NCBI GenBank assembly: GCA_016744595.1
Contig: JADGEB010000007.1
Span: 30,012 to 62,011, forward strand
Source of the DNA: Desulfuromusa sp.
GTDB taxonomy: Bacteria; Desulfobacterota; Desulfuromonadia; Desulfuromonadales; Geopsychrobacteraceae
Direction of reading: 5' to 3'
Length of the DNA stretch: 32,000 bases
Under the pieces are notes generated by a model, which did no database searches, had not been told where the DNA came from, and saw only the letters and a program-made list of their open reading frames with translations. Each line of letters starts with the position of its first letter. Position 1 is the first letter of the stretch. This document shows positions 27,582-32,000 of this stretch, piece after piece. The position numbers and the translations under genes are program-made.

Positions 27582-30098
27582 ATGAATTTGACATTAAAAT
27601 CAGAATATTGGACATACATATTCATATGTATCTTGTTGTTATTCATACCGCAAATAATAAATGCGGACAACAGCCAAACTGAGGCACAAGCAGCAACTGC
27701 AGCACTTCCGGTTATGCCTACCATTCACGTCGAAGCCATGAGAATTGCTCCAACCACCGGAAAGACAATCATCGACAAGGACATGATTGATAATTTGCCC
27801 ACCCGGAATGGCAATATTAATGAAATAATCGGGATTGCTCCTGGGGTTCAATACAGTGAAGACGGTTCAAGTTCATTGACGGGTGGCGAAATTACCCCAC
27901 CGGTTGTTTCAATATCTGGAAGCCGTTTTTATGACAATAACTATACAATCGATGGGATCAGTAACAATAGTCCCATTGATCCAGCACTTAACAGCACCGC
28001 CTTCTCTATCAACAAATTACCTAGCCACCCCCAAACCCATTTTATAAACCCCAAATTAATTGAACAAGTAACCGTTTACAACAGCAATATCCCCGCAGAA
28101 TTTGGCGGTTTCACGGGAGGACAAGTCGACATAACAACGATCAATCCAACTGCAAATATATGGGGAAATGTTTACTTCCGAACAACCAGTGATGACTGGA
28201 CGAAATTTCACATCAACCCCGATGACAAAGAAACTTTTTACAATTCCAATTCATCTAAGTATCAGCCACAATTCAAAAAACAAAACTTCGGTTTCACCCT
28301 TAATGTGCCAATTAATTATGACACCAGCATAGTTAGCTCATACCAACAGATAAACTCAAAGATTAAACTTTTTCATCTTGATAGCGCAAAAACTCAGACA
28401 CGTAAGCAAGAAAATTTATTTATAAAACTAAAGCATTATCTAGCAAATGATTTCATCATAACTGGCACTGCCATTTATTCTCCAACCTCAGTTCAATCTT
28501 TTTTAAAGTCTTTCAAAGAAAGCGACTATTCTATTGATGGGGATTCTTACTCAATAATATTTCAAGCGGAAAAAAAATTCGACAGCAACCAGTTCAAACT
28601 GTCCCTCAGCTATACTGGTCAAGAAATAGATCGCAACGCTCCCTTAAACCGCTTTTACTGGAGTACAGGAACAGACTCGATAGATTGGGCCGGCGGGAAA
28701 GAAGGTGGATCCGGATCATTACATACAAGCCAGAACACACTTAATATCAAACCGACTCTTCTCTTCGACACAAAAAATATTAAAAGTACAAGTCACACAT
28801 TCAAGCTGGGAGCAGAAGCTACCTACTCTCGTCAAAGCTATCGTCGACCCACGACCAGCTATTCCTATACAGGCAAAACTCTAGACCCACTCACAGTCTG
28901 TGCCGAAAATGATCCGGCCTGTATTGAAAATGAGCAATATATGTCAACGCGAATCATGTACGAGAAAGCTGATTCTGACGTGGAAATAACCGACATTGCA
29001 GCTTTTATTCAAGATTCTATTACTTGGAAAAGACTTGAAGTTATTCCTGGAGTCCGAATTTCATACGATAATTTCACTAACAACCTAAATATGGCTCCAA
29101 GATTTACAACTGCTTTAGATATTTTCGGAAATCAAACGACAACATTATTTGCAGGCATCAATCGATATTACAGTGGCACTCTCTTGACCCACGCACTATA
29201 CAGTGCAATTGTAACCGTCAATCAAGAGAGAAGCAGCAGTCTCGAGGAGTGGGATAACACGTCAAATCCATACCTTTTCGTCACCCCGTACATTTACAGA
29301 AACAGCGACATCAATACCCCATATAGCGATGAATTTTCTCTGGGAATAATTCAAAAATTTCTCGGCAGCAAATTAAAAATTCAATATATCAAGAAAAAGA
29401 ATAAAGATGAACTTGCACGAAGCGTCATTTCTGCCCCCCGGGAAACTCCTGACGGAGAAAGGATTCCACGAAACACAATTGAGCCAGATGTTTATTTATT
29501 CAACAATCTAGGGCGGTCAGAATATGAAAGTATTCAAGTCAGTTGGCATAATTCATGGAAAAAACATTCTCTTGAGATCAATGCAACATGGCAGGAGACA
29601 ACAACAAGTCATAATCTCTATACCGACACCATCAATGAAGATGATACTGCCGAAACCATTTGGTATGAAGGAGAAGAGCTTTACTATGACGAAATCCCCA
29701 GAACAGATTTTAATCGACCTATCGTAGCCAATATTATTTATACAGCTTCCCTACCCTACAATTTCACTTTCACTAATACGACAAAATATAGAGGTGCATA
29801 CTGGCGGCTATGGAGATCAAAAGACAACAGTGGTTCTTTGATCAGACAACCAAGTATCATCAACCCAGAACAAACAGACCCATACGTTTATGAAAAAGTA
29901 AAAACTAACAGCTCGATCATTTTCGACTGGGGCTTCACTTGGAAAACCCCAAGCACTACAAGTCAGGACATTGTCCTTTCTCTCGATATTCTCAATGTTT
30001 TCAACCGTAAGGCAAAAATAGGTTACCAATCCAATCCTGATAACTACGATTACGAATTAGGTCGACAAATTTGGGCAGGCCTAGAATTTAACTTTTAG
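27582..30098 (+). CDS. TonB-dependent outer-membrane receptor (substrate unknown)
   Basis: 838 aa. Signal peptide ending IINA/DNS, a TonB-box-like PTIHVEAM, plug motifs (NLPTRNGNINEII, ISGSRFYDNNYTIDGISNNSP, IPAEFGGFTGGQVDITT), a long Y/N/T/S-rich beta-barrel and a terminal aromatic residue (AGLEFNF). Confidence 0.88.
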   Translation: MNLTLKSEYWTYIFICILLLFIPQIINADNSQTEAQAATAALPVMPTIHVEAMRIAPTTGKTIIDKDMIDNLPTRNGNINEIIGIAPGVQYSEDGSSSLTGGEITPPVVSISGSRFYDNNYTIDGISNNSPIDPALNSTAFSINKLPSHPQTHFINPKLIEQVTVYNSNIPAEFGGFTGGQVDITTINPTANIWGNVYFRTTSDDWTKFHINPDDKETFYNSNSSKYQPQFKKQNFGFTLNVPINYDTSIVSSYQQINSKIKLFHLDSAKTQTRKQENLFIKLKHYLANDFIITGTAIYSPTSVQSFLKSFKESDYSIDGDSYSIIFQAEKKFDSNQFKLSLSYTGQEIDRNAPLNRFYWSTGTDSIDWAGGKEGGSGSLHTSQNTLNIKPTLLFDTKNIKSTSHTFKLGAEATYSRQSYRRPTTSYSYTGKTLDPLTVCAENDPACIENEQYMSTRIMYEKADSDVEITDIAAFIQDSITWKRLEVIPGVRISYDNFTNNLNMAPRFTTALDIFGNQTTTLFAGINRYYSGTLLTHALYSAIVTVNQERSSSLEEWDNTSNPYLFVTPYIYRNSDINTPYSDEFSLGIIQKFLGSKLKIQYIKKKNKDELARSVISAPRETPDGERIPRNTIEPDVYLFNNLGRSEYESIQVSWHNSWKKHSLEINATWQETTTSHNLYTDTINEDDTAETIWYEGEELYYDEIPRTDFNRPIVANIIYTASLPYNFTFTNTTKYRGAYWRLWRSKDNSGSLIRQPSIINPEQTDPYVYEKVKTNSSIIFDWGFTWKTPSTTSQDIVLSLDILNVFNRKAKIGYQSNPDNYDYELGRQIWAGLEFNF

Positions 30099-30236
30099 CA
30101 GTCTGGCGGGTTGTCTGGATTGAAGTGATAATTGGCCATTTGAGAGTCATGGTCATAGCTATTGGTCAAAAAGGAGTAGGAATATAGCCAAATGGAGGAA
30201 TTTTCAGCAGCTCATTGATTACCGACAGGCTGCTAG

Positions 30237-32000
30237 TTATTGATAAGTCACCACCCCATCACTCACCGCCGATTCCCGTTGATTAACAATCTGTAGGTTA
30301 TAACGACCGGGAAATTTTGGTGATGGCAACACAATCTGCATCCGCTGTCTGGATAGCAACTTGACCGTTTCAGCTGCAACAGGAACAGGAACAACGGTGA
30401 CTCCCATCTCTTTTTGAGTAACGTAGATAAAATCGTCAACAACCTGCAGACCTCTCGATAATCCTGGCATAAAAATACTATTCAGCAAGACTGGCTTTTC
30501 TGGGTTTTCGATATTAACAATATTAATTCCACCATGATGACTGACAACAAAAGCCTTATTTGCTACAAGCCTTATAGCCTTACAAATTCCATGAACACCT
30601 ATTGAACTAAGAATCTTTGGTTCTGCAGGTTCTCTCACATCAACTATCAGCAACCCAGAACGGCCATTGGCAATATAAGCAATACCGTCTTGAACCTGAA
30701 GTCCCACGGCAAGGTCAAAATGATTCATCGGAAAGGGAGTCGACAAGCTACTCAGTCGGTTTAGTTTGGCATCGTCAGTTATTTCATAAATCAGCAAACC
30801 TTCATCTTTACTGGCGATATAAACTAAATGGCCTTCTGAAGAAATATCCAATGTATGAATATTGGGCAAAGTATCTTTGATGATTGGGTGTTGAATATCG
30901 GAAATATCAATCAAATCAACCCCACCAATCCCCTTCGATGCTAAGAGATAATCACCTGCAACCGACAAACGCATGGCCGTCAAATCTGGCCAGAAGGCTA
31001 CAGAAGCAGGTTTCCCGGGGTCTGAAATATTAAAAACCCCAATTCCTTCCTTTGACTGAGCGACAAACAGCAGTTCTTGATCGATGCTAAAAGATTCCCC
31101 CCAATGTGAGGACAGGGTAATAAATTCAGCGCCCTCTGCATCGAGATCTTGTAGCAATACCCCACCACGAGCATCTGCAACATACAACCAATGATCCAAG
31201 ATATAAAGATCATGGACACTACCTAACGTATTGATGGTTCTAACAACCTGCCGTGACGACAATGCATTCTTGTCGACAATCAACAAGCCCTTGTTCGATC
31301 CAGCAAGAAATAGATAGTCAGATGTTTCGGTGATAGTTCTAGGATCGATATTCAAATCAATATAATCGGGAGAAGCTTCTTTTTTAGAATCGATAATCCG
31401 TAATCCAGAATAGCTGTCGGAAACGTAAACATTTCCCCTTCCAGCAAAAAACTTTCTCGCAGCACCGAAACCTGTCCATTGATGCAACATCTCGGGATGC
31501 TTGGCATTTGCAAGGTCATACAGAAAGATTCCTTTTTTGGTTGCAACATATAATTGTTGTTGGGAGGTAACAAGATCGAAAATTGTTGCTGGTAGCGGTA
31601 AGGAACCAACCAAAAGAGGTAGCTGTGGTTCTGTCAACTGATATATCTCGATGAGATTCCCCGATACCACAAGGTACAGGTACCCTTCAGATATGGTCAT
31701 TTGAGAAATAAACGGACCATACCTGAGCACCCGCACCAGTTCAACCTGCTCCGGTTGTCGAACATCGTAAACCAACAAACCACCTGAACCTGCGGCAACA
31801 TAAAGGAAGCCATCTACAAATAGACATTGCCTTGCGATAGATTCCATAGAAATATCTGTAATGTGACTAAGAAGACCATCCTGCTGAATTTCCATAATTG
31901 ATACCCCTAATTTCCCACAGCTAAGATAAAGATAATTCCCACTGCGCTGGATATCATTGATCGATCTTCCGACTAAATACTCTTTCAGAAACTGAGGTTG
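30237..32000 (-). CDS. LVIVD-repeat beta-propeller protein; N-terminus beyond the right window edge
   Basis: Repeated units such as GGLLVYDV, GLRIIDS, GLLIVDK, GVLLQDL, GIGVFNIS, GVDLIDIS, GLLIYEI, GLLIVDVREP and GINIVNIENP, plus a C-terminal beta-sandwich-like tail. The track starts at Met 31895, but the frame stays open to position 32000 (QPQFLKEYLVGRSINDIQRSGNYLYLSCGKLGVSIMEIQQ...) and continues the repeat pattern, so the gene is truncated by the window. Confidence 0.8.
   Translation of the reverse strand, partial: QPQFLKEYLVGRSINDIQRSGNYLYLSCGKLGVSIMEIQQDGLLSHITDISMESIARQCLFVDGFLYVAAGSGGLLVYDVRQPEQVELVRVLRYGPFISQMTISEGYLYLVVSGNLIEIYQLTEPQLPLLVGSLPLPATIFDLVTSQQQLYVATKKGIFLYDLANAKHPEMLHQWTGFGAARKFFAGRGNVYVSDSYSGLRIIDSKKEASPDYIDLNIDPRTITETSDYLFLAGSNKGLLIVDKNALSSRQVVRTINTLGSVHDLYILDHWLYVADARGGVLLQDLDAEGAEFITLSSHWGESFSIDQELLFVAQSKEGIGVFNISDPGKPASVAFWPDLTAMRLSVAGDYLLASKGIGGVDLIDISDIQHPIIKDTLPNIHTLDISSEGHLVYIASKDEGLLIYEITDDAKLNRLSSLSTPFPMNHFDLAVGLQVQDGIAYIANGRSGLLIVDVREPAEPKILSSIGVHGICKAIRLVANKAFVVSHHGGINIVNIENPEKPVLLNSIFMPGLSRGLQVVDDFIYVTQKEMGVTVVPVPVAAETVKLLSRQRMQIVLPSPKFPGRYNLQIVNQRESAVSDGVVTYQ

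Noticed and set aside
30099-30236. Two SD-like sequences (AAAGGAG, ATGGAGG) and a short hairpin in the receptor/propeller convergent spacer, as a possible small gene or sRNA
   Set aside because: The only ORF is 8 codons (MEEFSAAH). The hairpin has a 6-7-bp stem, a 17-nt loop and no U-tract. The evidence is insufficient.

Overview
This window looks like a chromosomal, mostly housekeeping stretch of a Gram-negative anaerobe. The gene content (thiH-type thiazole pathway, split gcvPA/gcvPB, and a tig-clpP-clpX-lon-HU block next to tRNA clusters) resembles Desulfuromonadales-like deltaproteobacteria, but that assignment is a low-confidence guess. From left to right on the coordinates: (1) a divisome and cell-wall cluster on the minus strand, ftsE-ftsX, a catalytically degenerate EnvC-like LytM protein and an S41 protease truncated by the left edge; (2) pta; (3) a TonB-family protein; (4) a folD-gcvT-gcvH-gcvPA-gcvPB operon; (5) an FmdB zinc ribbon, DivIVA and YggT; (6) a class I DAHP synthase; (7) a DUF3467 protein and an acidic hypothetical; (8) a TPP riboswitch with terminator driving thiF(ThiS-like N-terminus)-thiS-thiG-thiH-thiE; (9) tRNA Asp-Val-Asp; (10) HU, lon, clpX, clpP and tig; (11) tRNA Arg-His-Leu; (12) the one accessory-looking segment (25.8-32 kb). 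That last segment holds an HPt-like protein whose phospho-His appears replaced by Thr and which carries C-terminal DPF repeats, a second orphan TonB paralog, a divergent TonB-dependent receptor, and a large LVIVD-repeat beta-propeller protein running off the right edge. I saw no CRISPR array, transposase, integrase, toxin-antitoxin pair or recognisable defence genes. The right-end envelope module is the best candidate for something uncharacterised, but that rests on inference from motifs I recognise by eye and has not been tested by any search.
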